From assembly GCA_947165005.1 (NCBI GenBank), contig CAMUYN010000004.1:1927-65926 (forward strand): a stretch of DNA of 64,000 nt, read 5' to 3'. The position numbers were made by a program, and so were the translations under genes. The DNA is from an uncultured Bacillota bacterium. Lineage in GTDB: Bacteria > Bacillota_I > Bacilli_A > RF39 > UBA660. The notes below the pieces were generated by a model. It was not told the origin of the DNA, made no database searches, and saw nothing but the letters and a program-made list of their open reading frames with translations. Each line of letters begins with the position of its first letter. Position 1 is the stretch's first letter. Below are positions 20,501 through 26,787 of this stretch, piece by piece.

Positions 20501-21753
20501 ACAGTACTGCAGAAAATAAAACTATGTGTACTGATACAGTAACTACAAATTGTTATGTTAGTTCTGTTCATCCTTATGTAGGAAGATTAATTCTTAGATA
20601 TTTACAAGCTGATTATAACTATGTGTTATTAGAAACAGTTGCACCAACAAATTATAATTTACCTGTTGGAAGTAGTAGAGAAACTCCATTTAGTGTTGTA
20701 ACTAATACAGTATCAGTTGATGAAGTTGATATTCCAAATAAACCAACAGCACTAATAATAAGAAAATATGCTGATGTTGATGGAGATAGTGAGGCAGATA
20801 GTACAAAACTACTTGGTGGAGCTAAATTTAAAGTATATAAAGTAAATAATTATGATCCTTCTAAGAAAATACAAGATCAAGATAAAGAAATAGTTAAATT
20901 AAAAACTATTAAAGATGGTATATATGAAAATAGACCTGTACTTGATACAGATGTTATAACTACTTGTACAGGTGATAATTGTTCATATAATCCAAATACA
21001 ATTGGTAGTGATATTGAAAGCATAGATGATTTAATAAATGCATCTGGAACAAATATTACATCTGTATTAAAAGAAGGAACAGCATTAATTCAATATTTAG
21101 AATATAATACATACTATATTATTGAAGAAGTAGAAGCCCCAACTGGTTATAGCTTACCAGAAAATGATGATAATAGATTTACACTAGTACATATTAAAGA
21201 AAACGAAACAAAAGTAGTAGATACTTTAAATGCATTAGTAAATAAACCAACATCATTTACATTCTATAAATTTGATGAATATAATACACCACTTGATGGA
21301 GCAACATTCTATCTACAAAAATTAGATAATGAAAAGAAATATAATACTTTAACAGTATCAAAAGAAGTATTAGATAACGGAAAAGTTGTATATCGTTCAA
21401 ATCCTCTTTCAGAAGAAGTAAATATTACAACATCTGGTGGGGAAGCAACAGTATATTACTTAGAACCAGGTCAATATAGAATTCTAGAAGTAAGTGCTGC
21501 AGAAGGATATGAACTTCCTAAGAAAACAATAAATGTTGCTACATTCTTTGTTGATGAAGATGGATTAGTATATGGAAATAATATAATTACTAATAAAAAA
21601 CCATCAGAAACTATTGAGTATTTAGCATCTGATAAAGCAGAATTAATAATTAATATTCAAACTGGAAAAGTAGTTATAAAATATGGATTAATAATTGTAT
21701 TATTAGTCGGAACTATTGTTGGATTAATGATATTATTAAAGAAAAGAAAGTAA
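14599..21753 (+). CDS. 2384-aa surface protein with N-terminal signal-anchor, many SpaA/Cna-B-type (prealbumin-like) domains and a C-terminal NIQTG sorting signal
   Basis: SD GGAGGG. Repeated motif G-A-x-F-x-[VL]...G-x-Y-x-[IL]-x-E-x-x-AP-x-GY, for example LDGATFYLQK...EPGQYRILEVSAAEGYELP. The C-terminus is tripartite. Confidence 0.9.
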   Translation: MIKRFLNRKNLRIFALIFSLILVLVAIYYIDLAKFNSKLVKYDSKYLIKVTYLIGDRDKLDENITIDDTIFNNDDSILYNASQRVPLTKNGDYLEADLSSFTNKILLEHVSDYVFANNNLNGETVEGCTYDKEKKVIRVPFSFYKDIDSKSNTAPIQIEIESLLTNKEIKNLKTDYSVKKLITYNNTASNELMQLDTKISLSNYINSDLSKENVYVYLNNSKNSLDKDSFEYDYKTKTLIIDMPAILINKVDIKIGNNIIKNVFAVTPAQMTGYKLTEKPQNLLDYNNYRTRGMVWSGSYEGVSNNNLLLYCYDTTTRTIEGGKQQCIDFTVGNTTYGKTANDAVTVFMYDRSYRWTGSEYAVANTPGSSGAQYNGDMWPYMVNTGHATINDDGLTFLPFEDPDLYILLECIHDSEAVAKASTDPIFVRIGISEDHSSDNYLILKATTETKDRNKGGWGAQMGKAYFKVYWEDSTCKLPVSKTLQLISPDSTDVATVSAGLYTNSTCTGTPLETKNINVTLADQASTSTTFDTDLQIGQTYYYNEIGFTGPGGVNLMPKFNYMNWPCSDRVAADDDGDGLCDDPVNMYNNEVSYCYKVFKTDKETGNPVRNTTWTMTGEDGVVYSPIVFEENNSATFTGLPYQNYTLKETTANPADLDGNSSFDYFNDNAAGVTVNKTSLTLEPGSCNSTTKTDTKVYYCIKIKKMDYSTGEALDGAEFTATKGNRTIDKNSSDYSSSNGITSFFIGDSSTIGAFTITETVAPPGYTIFESSKVVYPVALYEYASEGAARTACLGNNTLAYDGSSFASKTYNNGTNNYVFREKSYLINWYKTVEDGTTKADGAKFKVRKQGTNQFITVSAPESTTDGNSINKACYQYTGTSETGTEMTAGSKGSTNINMTGEVCVAGLPTGTYTIYETEAAEYHTFGMTDNIHITADDTFKGMTDGNKFINYRTEFEFTKDVASGDEVINGMDWSSITTEELKQIAFEVTTENGSTPLAFIKVSDGVYEYVSNDIDSPAVVPPTPQLYIGDNRKIKIYHLPKGSYKIKEVRTCCDTSCSSCNASSCSGYYYPEYNPVDDFKFVIDDCSSSNAYATSSCGGQISTAYTTNLPTSILLTKRDLYGYANSSKPVKFENEDEVNAFDNITFRLKDENGNYVKLLRVDDSATCSNFGTAIYRYVDESLLTQAQRNALTYDLHTCNGHIEITHLCRGKTYIIEEYSVPNNTVFTVPGVHIEKTYQLPFTEDGKMCCNDHEVTPVTQTIIDDEPTRIVLYKKNNRTSDDIHEGANKKETATFEVYACDLNVATCTKNQSTGNKIKFGNPIVQGNETIYPALLDQTAYSGYVTSLNLTTEGSQGKLVLKYLPSNYKYVVVETNAPDGYFNVIGALAETEIASVPTSTTDASANRKNIIDYPTMIKFKKDDIYKYYSNSDVDQLNSSNKIFDTMTFVLRDKDGNIVSLKKVADGEYRYIQNDGTTTGNNVTELHTKNGELLITNIYRNEKYYIEETKSDTKGNFILPKNISKPSGIPSGWNWKGHPYVVYNLGSTLPNGSQGGTVAPESLTSLIENKPTRVVFEKRDRTSGSLIDDSLNNEKITFNVYRCPKTVEHCRANSQGAELVYFEDRAVINGLTDDISSVTPPVLTYKYSKTNSSSNKVSDLITDRGVLVLAYLPSDYSYSLFEKSSTYGYYKPTGAAAYTDFTVLSESTDESDYVDLTALVENTPTGLTFIKSDLYNYYTEDDLSAIKAESSRIFDSISFILRDKDGNILNVKCTSNGEVQNNKNTNNSCNTGEYRYLPVDNKNVINVLHTKNGKLQVNYLNEGETYYIEEVSSDVDKSFVLPDYLDKDLNYGQQLPFDNNGHPVVKYILPSEIDSNQVSVTAEIKNIPTRVIFEKRDKKYNYLIPDETTTFEVYRCPKDNGNNTLCSPSSYNTVEEREQAGMKLIKFEPRSVITNDLEDPGIEVYKMMSDSTAENKTMCTDTVTTNCYVSSVHPYVGRLILRYLQADYNYVLLETVAPTNYNLPVGSSRETPFSVVTNTVSVDEVDIPNKPTALIIRKYADVDGDSEADSTKLLGGAKFKVYKVNNYDPSKKIQDQDKEIVKLKTIKDGIYENRPVLDTDVITTCTGDNCSYNPNTIGSDIESIDDLINASGTNITSVLKEGTALIQYLEYNTYYIIEEVEAPTGYSLPENDDNRFTLVHIKENETKVVDTLNALVNKPTSFTFYKFDEYNTPLDGATFYLQKLDNEKKYNTLTVSKEVLDNGKVVYRSNPLSEEVNITTSGGEATVYYLEPGQYRILEVSAAEGYELPKKTINVATFFVDEDGLVYGNNIITNKKPSETIEYLASDKAELIINIQTGKVVIKYGLIIVLLVGTIVGLMILLKKRK
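17929..20664 (+). repeat. Three tandem copies of a two-domain (A+B) module, ~300 aa each, inside the 2384-aa protein
   Basis: A copies start at 17929, 18835 and 19762 (PTSILLTKRDLYGY / PTMIKFKKDDIYKYY / PTGLTFIKSDLYNYY). B copies begin PTRIVLYKKNNR / PTRVVFEKRDR / PTRVIFEKRDK. The copies are diverged at DNA level. Confidence 0.8.
21652..21753 (+). other. C-terminal sorting-signal-like tail: NIQTG + hydrophobic helix + KKRK
   Basis: Sequence NIQTGKVVIKYGLIIVLLVGTIVGLMILLKKRK-stop. Confidence 0.65.
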
Positions 21754-21761
21754 GGGATAAT

Positions 21762-22415
21762 ATGGCTAAGAACAAAGTTAAAAAACTTGATAAAAAACAA
21801 ATAATATTCTTATGCGTAGTAGGGATAATAGTCATATTATCCTTACTAGTAATTATTTCTAGTTTGTTTGGAAATTTTGAAACAGTAAAATTAAAGAAAA
21901 ATAATAATGAAATATTTACTATTAAGGATTTAACAATCAATAATCTGAAATTCTTATCAACATCTGAAGAAGTTATAAATGAATTGGGATATCCAAAACA
22001 AACAAAGAAAGTAAAAAAAGGGAAATATAATTATATTGAATATTATTATAAGGGTTTAAAACTAACATTAAAAGAAAATTATAATGACTATGTTTTAACT
22101 GGTGCAGAAATAACATCAAGTAAATATAAGACTAGCAGAAATATAAAAGTAGGAAATAAAGTATTAAAAGTAATTGATAAATATAATGTTGAGAATGAGT
22201 CAGGTAATTATATTTATAAAAATTATACTATTGATGCTTTAAATGATAATTTAGTAAAAGATAATGCTTATTTTAGCTATAGAAATAGTAAAGAAATAAG
22301 ATATTATAATAAAGATGCTGTTATTGAAGGTAGTCCTACAAATCGTGCTGAATTAAGATTTAATTATAGATTTGGTAGAATTAATAAAATAACATGGTCT
22401 TATGATATTAATTAA
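21762..22415 (+). CDS. 217-aa membrane-anchored protein of unknown function (last gene of the operon)
   Basis: Starts 8 nt after the upstream stop with SD AAGGGA. N-terminal helix IIFLCVVGIIVILSLLVIISSLF. I recognise no motif. Confidence 0.7.
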   Translation: MAKNKVKKLDKKQIIFLCVVGIIVILSLLVIISSLFGNFETVKLKKNNNEIFTIKDLTINNLKFLSTSEEVINELGYPKQTKKVKKGKYNYIEYYYKGLKLTLKENYNDYVLTGAEITSSKYKTSRNIKVGNKVLKVIDKYNVENESGNYIYKNYTIDALNDNLVKDNAYFSYRNSKEIRYYNKDAVIEGSPTNRAELRFNYRFGRINKITWSYDIN

Positions 22416-22439
22416 TTTATAAAAAATAAATAAATCTTG

Positions 22440-22468
22440 TTGACAAAAAATATCAGTAATGATATTAT
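22440..22468 (+). promoter_or_regulatory. Promoter of tRNA-Asn
   Basis: TTGACA (22440..22445), a 17-nt spacer, then extended -10 TGaTATTAT (22460..22468). The tRNA starts 21 nt further on. Confidence 0.65.
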
Positions 22469-22488
22469 TGATATTGTCAACAAGGATT

Positions 22489-22564
22489 GCTCGATTAGCT
22501 CAGTTGGTAGAGCGCTTGACTGTTAATCAAGATGTCACAGGTCCGAGTCCTGTATCGAGCGCCA
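22489..22564 (+). tRNA. tRNA-Asn (anticodon GTT)
   Basis: Hand-folded cloverleaf: acceptor gctcgat/atcgagc, anticodon stem cttga/tcaag with loop ctGTTaa, T-arm acagg-tccgagt-cctgt, encoded CCA. Length 76 nt. Confidence 0.93.
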
Positions 22565-22575
22565 TTTTGATATTA

Positions 22576-22600
22576 AAAGAGCCATATGGTTCTTTTTTTT
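22576..22600 (+). terminator. Rho-independent terminator
   Basis: Stem aaagagcc/ggttcttt (one G-U pair), loop atat, followed by a T-run. Confidence 0.6.
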
Positions 22601-22634
22601 CTACTATGATATACTTATATCAAGGAGGATATAT

Positions 22635-22943
22635 ATGAAAGATAAATCTTATTTTGATGGGGGATTATTACAACTTATTGGGTGGAAATTACTTGGAGCA
22701 TTAATAACAACAATTACTCTTGGTATTTGTTATCCATGGGCAGTATGCATGATATATAATTGGGAAACAAAACATACCGTAATTGAAGGAAGAAGACTTA
22801 AATTTACTGGAACAGCAGTAGGTTTATTTGGAAGTTGGATTAAATGGCTATTATTAACAATTATCACTTTAGGTATCTATGGTTTCTGGGTAAATATTAA
22901 AATAAAAAAATGGATTACAAAACATACTGTTTTTGCTGATTAG
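22635..22943 (+). CDS. Small two-helix membrane protein, DUF898/YjgN-like
   Basis: FDGGLLQLIGWKLLGALITTITLGICYPWA...HTVIEGRRLKFTG...IITLGIYGFW...KWITKHTVF. SD AGGAGG. TGaTATACT at 22607..22615. Confidence 0.6.
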   Translation: MKDKSYFDGGLLQLIGWKLLGALITTITLGICYPWAVCMIYNWETKHTVIEGRRLKFTGTAVGLFGSWIKWLLLTIITLGIYGFWVNIKIKKWITKHTVFAD

Positions 22944-22971
22944 TCTAAAATGTAAATATTATCAAAATACA

Positions 22972-23001
22972 TTGACTTTAAAGGAAAAAGTGTGTTAATA
23001 T
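22972..23001 (+). promoter_or_regulatory. Promoter of the T-box/aspS-gatCAB operon
   Basis: TTGACT (22972..22977), an 18-nt spacer, then TGtTAATAT (22993..23001). Confidence 0.55.
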
Positions 23002-23010
23002 ATAGTTGCA

Positions 23011-23250
23011 AAAACGAAGAAAAGGACGAGTATCATACCTTATCATATTAGAGAGTCCTAGATGGTGAAAATGGATTATGATGGATATGTGAAAGAACAC
23101 CTTGGAGTTTATTAACTGAAATTAGTAGGTTAATACGTATATCTGACGTTATAGATCAAAGGTCATTATTTATAATGATGAATTTGGGTGGTACCACGGA
23201 TTTAACAGTTATTCGTCCCTTACATGGGATAAGTAACTGTTTTTTATTTT
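23011..23250 (+). promoter_or_regulatory. T-box riboswitch leader, apparent Asn (AAC) specifier
   Basis: The following elements are present:
- GAGTA (23028..23032) on the 5' side of the specifier loop.
- AGAGAG (23050..23055).
- Distal-loop GGTGAAAA (23064..23071).
- Specifier-loop 3' side TGAAAGAACA, closed by CCTT (23100..23103) pairing with AAGG (23022..23025).
- T-box sequence AATTTGGGTGGTACCACGG (23181..23199).
- Terminator hairpin 23204..23240 followed by a T-run. Confidence 0.8.
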
Positions 23251-23262
23251 ATAGGAGGAAAT

Positions 23263-25020
23263 ATGAAAGAAAATATTTTTAGAACTCATAATAATGGTGA
23301 ATTAAGAGAAAGTGATATCGGAAAGAAAGTAAGATTATCTGGATTTGTTGATACTATTAGAGACCATGGTGGTGTACAATTTGTGGATTTAAGAGATAAT
23401 TATGGTAGAACACAAGTTGTAGTGCATGATGAGAATCTATTAAAAGGAATTTCAAAGGAAACTGTTATTAAAGTAGAAGGAGAAGTAATTAGAAGAGATG
23501 ATGAAACAATCAATGAAAAACTACCTACAGGTTTAGTTGAAGTTGTGTGCGAAAAATTAGAATTACTATCAAATCGTGCTGAACAAATACCTTTTGAAAT
23601 AGATTTAAGTAAAGATACTAATGAAGAAGTTAGACTTAAATATAGATATTTAGACTTAAGAAATCAAGAAGTTAATAAAAACATTAAATTAAGAAGTGAA
23701 TTATTACATTTCTTAAGAAATAAAATGTATGATAATGGCTTTACAGAAGTACAAACACCATTACTTACTGCAAGTTCACCAGAAGGAGCAAGAGACTTTG
23801 TTGTTCCTAGTAGAAAATTTAAAGGAAAATTCTTTGCATTACCACAAGCACCACAAATATATAAAGAATTATTAATGGTTGGTGGTTTTGATAAATACTT
23901 CCAAGTAGCACCTTGTTTTAGAGATGAAGATGGAAGAAAAGATAGAACTTTAGAATTCTACCAATTAGACTTTGAAATGAGTTATGTAACTGAAGATGAT
24001 ATATTAGAAGTTGGTGAAGATATTTATTATGATGTATTTACTAAATTTAGTAATAAAAATGTAAATGAAAAACCATTTAGAAGAATATCATATAAAGAAG
24101 CAATGGATTCTTATGGATCAGATAAACCTGATTTAAGAAACCCTTTAATTATTAAAGATGCTTCAGAAGTATTAAAAAATACTACATTTAAACCATTTAG
24201 TGAATCTGTTATTAAAGTAATAGTAGTAGACAATATTGGAGATAAACCAAATAGTTGGTTTAATGAAGTAGTAGATTTTGCTAGTTCAATAGGTATGCCA
24301 GGTATTGGATATATTACATTACTTTCTGATGGTACATTTAAAGGACCTATTGATAAATTCTTAAGTGAAGAAGAAAGAAGTAATTTAATTAAAGAATTTG
24401 ATATGAAAGAAAATAGTGTTATGTTCTTCATAGCAAATAAGAATAAAAAAATTGCTCAAAAATTTGCTGGTCAAATAAGAGATGAATTAGGAAGAAAATT
24501 AGATTTAATTGATCCTAATAGAATAGAAGTAGCTATCATTAATGATTTTCCAATGTTTGAATATGATGATAAAGAAAAGAAATGGGATTTCTGTCATAAC
24601 CCATTTTCTAAACCTAAATTAGAAGAAGGACAAGATTATGATTTGGCTAACTTAGAAGATATAGTGGCACATCAATTTGACTTTGTAGCAAATGGATTTG
24701 AACTTGCATCAGGTGCTATTAGAAATACTAATTTAGAATTACTTGAAAAAGGATTTGAAAAAGTTGGTTATCCAAAGGGCACATTAGAAAAGAGATTTAC
24801 ATCACTTGCAACAGCATTTAAGTATGGAGCTCCACCACATGGAGGAATGGCTCCTGGTATTGATAGAATTCTAATGATAATTCAAGATGAACCAAACTTA
24901 AGAGAAGTTCAAGCATTCCCATGTAATTCATCTGGACAAGATGCTATGATGGGTGCACCTAGTGTATTAGATGCTAAACAATTAGAGGAACTTGGAATCA
25001 AAATAGATAAGGAGGATTAA
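23263..25020 (+). CDS. aspS: Aspartate--tRNA ligase (bacterial type, probably non-discriminating)
   Basis: Class II motifs FRDED, QLDFEMS and GGMAPGIDR over 585 aa. SD AGGAGG. Confidence 0.92.
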   Translation: MKENIFRTHNNGELRESDIGKKVRLSGFVDTIRDHGGVQFVDLRDNYGRTQVVVHDENLLKGISKETVIKVEGEVIRRDDETINEKLPTGLVEVVCEKLELLSNRAEQIPFEIDLSKDTNEEVRLKYRYLDLRNQEVNKNIKLRSELLHFLRNKMYDNGFTEVQTPLLTASSPEGARDFVVPSRKFKGKFFALPQAPQIYKELLMVGGFDKYFQVAPCFRDEDGRKDRTLEFYQLDFEMSYVTEDDILEVGEDIYYDVFTKFSNKNVNEKPFRRISYKEAMDSYGSDKPDLRNPLIIKDASEVLKNTTFKPFSESVIKVIVVDNIGDKPNSWFNEVVDFASSIGMPGIGYITLLSDGTFKGPIDKFLSEEERSNLIKEFDMKENSVMFFIANKNKKIAQKFAGQIRDELGRKLDLIDPNRIEVAIINDFPMFEYDDKEKKWDFCHNPFSKPKLEEGQDYDLANLEDIVAHQFDFVANGFELASGAIRNTNLELLEKGFEKVGYPKGTLEKRFTSLATAFKYGAPPHGGMAPGIDRILMIIQDEPNLREVQAFPCNSSGQDAMMGAPSVLDAKQLEELGIKIDKED

Positions 25021-25021
25021 T

Positions 25022-25318
25022 ATGAGTAAATTTACCAAAGAAATGGTTGATGATTACGCAGATAAATTATTAATTGGCTTAACACCTGAAGAAAACAAAA
25101 TGGTATTAGATGAATTTGATATTATTGATGAACAAATCAATATTATTAATGATATACCAGGTATTAAAAATGTTGAACCTATGACTCATTGCCTTGATGA
25201 TTTTGAATTTGAATTAAGAGAAGATACTATAGAAGAATCTGTTCCAATAGAAGAATTATTACAAAACTGTGATGAATTCTCTGGAAGAGAAGTAGAAGTA
25301 CCAAAGGTGGTGGGCTAA
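25022..25318 (+). CDS. gatC: Asp/Glu-tRNA amidotransferase subunit C
   Basis: 98 aa, located between aspS and gatA, with a typical acidic GatC sequence (VEPMTH). Confidence 0.85.
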   Translation: MSKFTKEMVDDYADKLLIGLTPEENKMVLDEFDIIDEQINIINDIPGIKNVEPMTHCLDDFEFELREDTIEESVPIEELLQNCDEFSGREVEVPKVVG

Positions 25319-25319
25319 G

Positions 25320-26786
25320 ATGAAATACATGAATAAAAGTATTGAAAAACTTCATGAATTATTAAAGAGTGGTGAAGTTACTTCAAAAGAATTAATCGAA
25401 GAATCATTAAAACTATCACATGAAGTAGAAGAAAAATATAATGCATTCGTAACTATATTAGATGATGCAAAAGAAGTAGAAGTTACAGATAATTTATTAT
25501 CAGGAATACCTTGTGGTATTAAAGATAACTATTCTACTAAAGGAGTATTATCTACAGGAAGTAGTAATACTTTAAAAGATTATGTACCATTCTTTGATGC
25601 AACTGCATATGCTAAATTAAAAGAAGCAGGGGCAGTAATGGTTAATAAAACTGCTATGGATGAATTTGGTATGGGTGGAACAGGTACTACTTGTCATACT
25701 GGTACTGTATTAAATCCATGGGATAAAACAAGAATGTGTGCTGGATCATCATCAGGTTCTGCATGTGCAGTAGCAGCAGGAGTATATCCATATGCTACTG
25801 GATCAGATACTGGAGATTCAATAAGAAAACCAGCTGCATATTGTGGTATAGTCGGATATAAACCAACATATGGAATGATTTCTAGATATGGCTTATTCCC
25901 ATTCGCATCATCATTAGATCACTTAGGAGTATTAACTAGAAATGTTAAGGATGCTGCTATAGTAGTAGATGAAATGAAGGGTATAGATAAAAATGATATG
26001 ACTACTTGGGATTCAAGTAAGATAAATTTAAAGAAATCTTTAACTGGAGAAGTTAAAGGTAAAAAATTATGTTACATAAAAGAATTATGTGATATTAATG
26101 AATATCCAAATGCCTCAAAAGAATTAAAAGAGCATTTAGAAAATTTCTTTAAAGCAGTAGAACTTGCCAAAGAAATTGGTATGGAAGTAGAAGAAGTTTC
26201 AGTAGATAGAACATTACTTAATGCATCAGCATCAGTATATGTTGTTATATCTTGTGCAGAAGCAACTTCTAACATGTCTAACTTAACAGGTATTATATTT
26301 GGACCAAGAAGTAAGGGTTTTGATAACTGGATAGATATGGTTAAAGATTATAGAACTAAAGGATTCTCTTCATTAATAAAAAGAAGATTTGTTATTGGTT
26401 CTTATGTACTACAATCACAAAATCAAGAAAGATATTTTAGAAATGCTCAAAGAGTAAGAAGATTACTTGTTGATGCATGGAAAGATTTATTTAAGAAATA
26501 TGATGGCGTTATATTACCAGTTGGTGTTGGACCTGCTAAACATATTGATGGAGATAAAGATATGCTTACTAATGATTTAGCAACGGTAGCGCTTGATGAA
26601 CACTTACAAATAGGTAACTATGGTGGATTCCCATCAATTACTATTCCAGATGGGTTTATAGATGGTCTTCCAGTAGCTTTAAATATAACAGGTAACTGTT
26701 ATGATGATGAAAATGTTCTTAATATTGCTTATGCCTTAGAAAATGCATTAGGATTTAAGGATCAAATAGCAAAGGAAGGTGAGTAA
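25320..26786 (+). CDS. gatA: Asp/Glu-tRNA amidotransferase subunit A
   Basis: Amidase signature GGSSSGSACAVAAG...GSDTGDSIRKPAA. Confidence 0.92.
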   Translation: MKYMNKSIEKLHELLKSGEVTSKELIEESLKLSHEVEEKYNAFVTILDDAKEVEVTDNLLSGIPCGIKDNYSTKGVLSTGSSNTLKDYVPFFDATAYAKLKEAGAVMVNKTAMDEFGMGGTGTTCHTGTVLNPWDKTRMCAGSSSGSACAVAAGVYPYATGSDTGDSIRKPAAYCGIVGYKPTYGMISRYGLFPFASSLDHLGVLTRNVKDAAIVVDEMKGIDKNDMTTWDSSKINLKKSLTGEVKGKKLCYIKELCDINEYPNASKELKEHLENFFKAVELAKEIGMEVEEVSVDRTLLNASASVYVVISCAEATSNMSNLTGIIFGPRSKGFDNWIDMVKDYRTKGFSSLIKRRFVIGSYVLQSQNQERYFRNAQRVRRLLVDAWKDLFKKYDGVILPVGVGPAKHIDGDKDMLTNDLATVALDEHLQIGNYGGFPSITIPDGFIDGLPVALNITGNCYDDENVLNIAYALENALGFKDQIAKEGE

Positions 26787-26787
26787 G

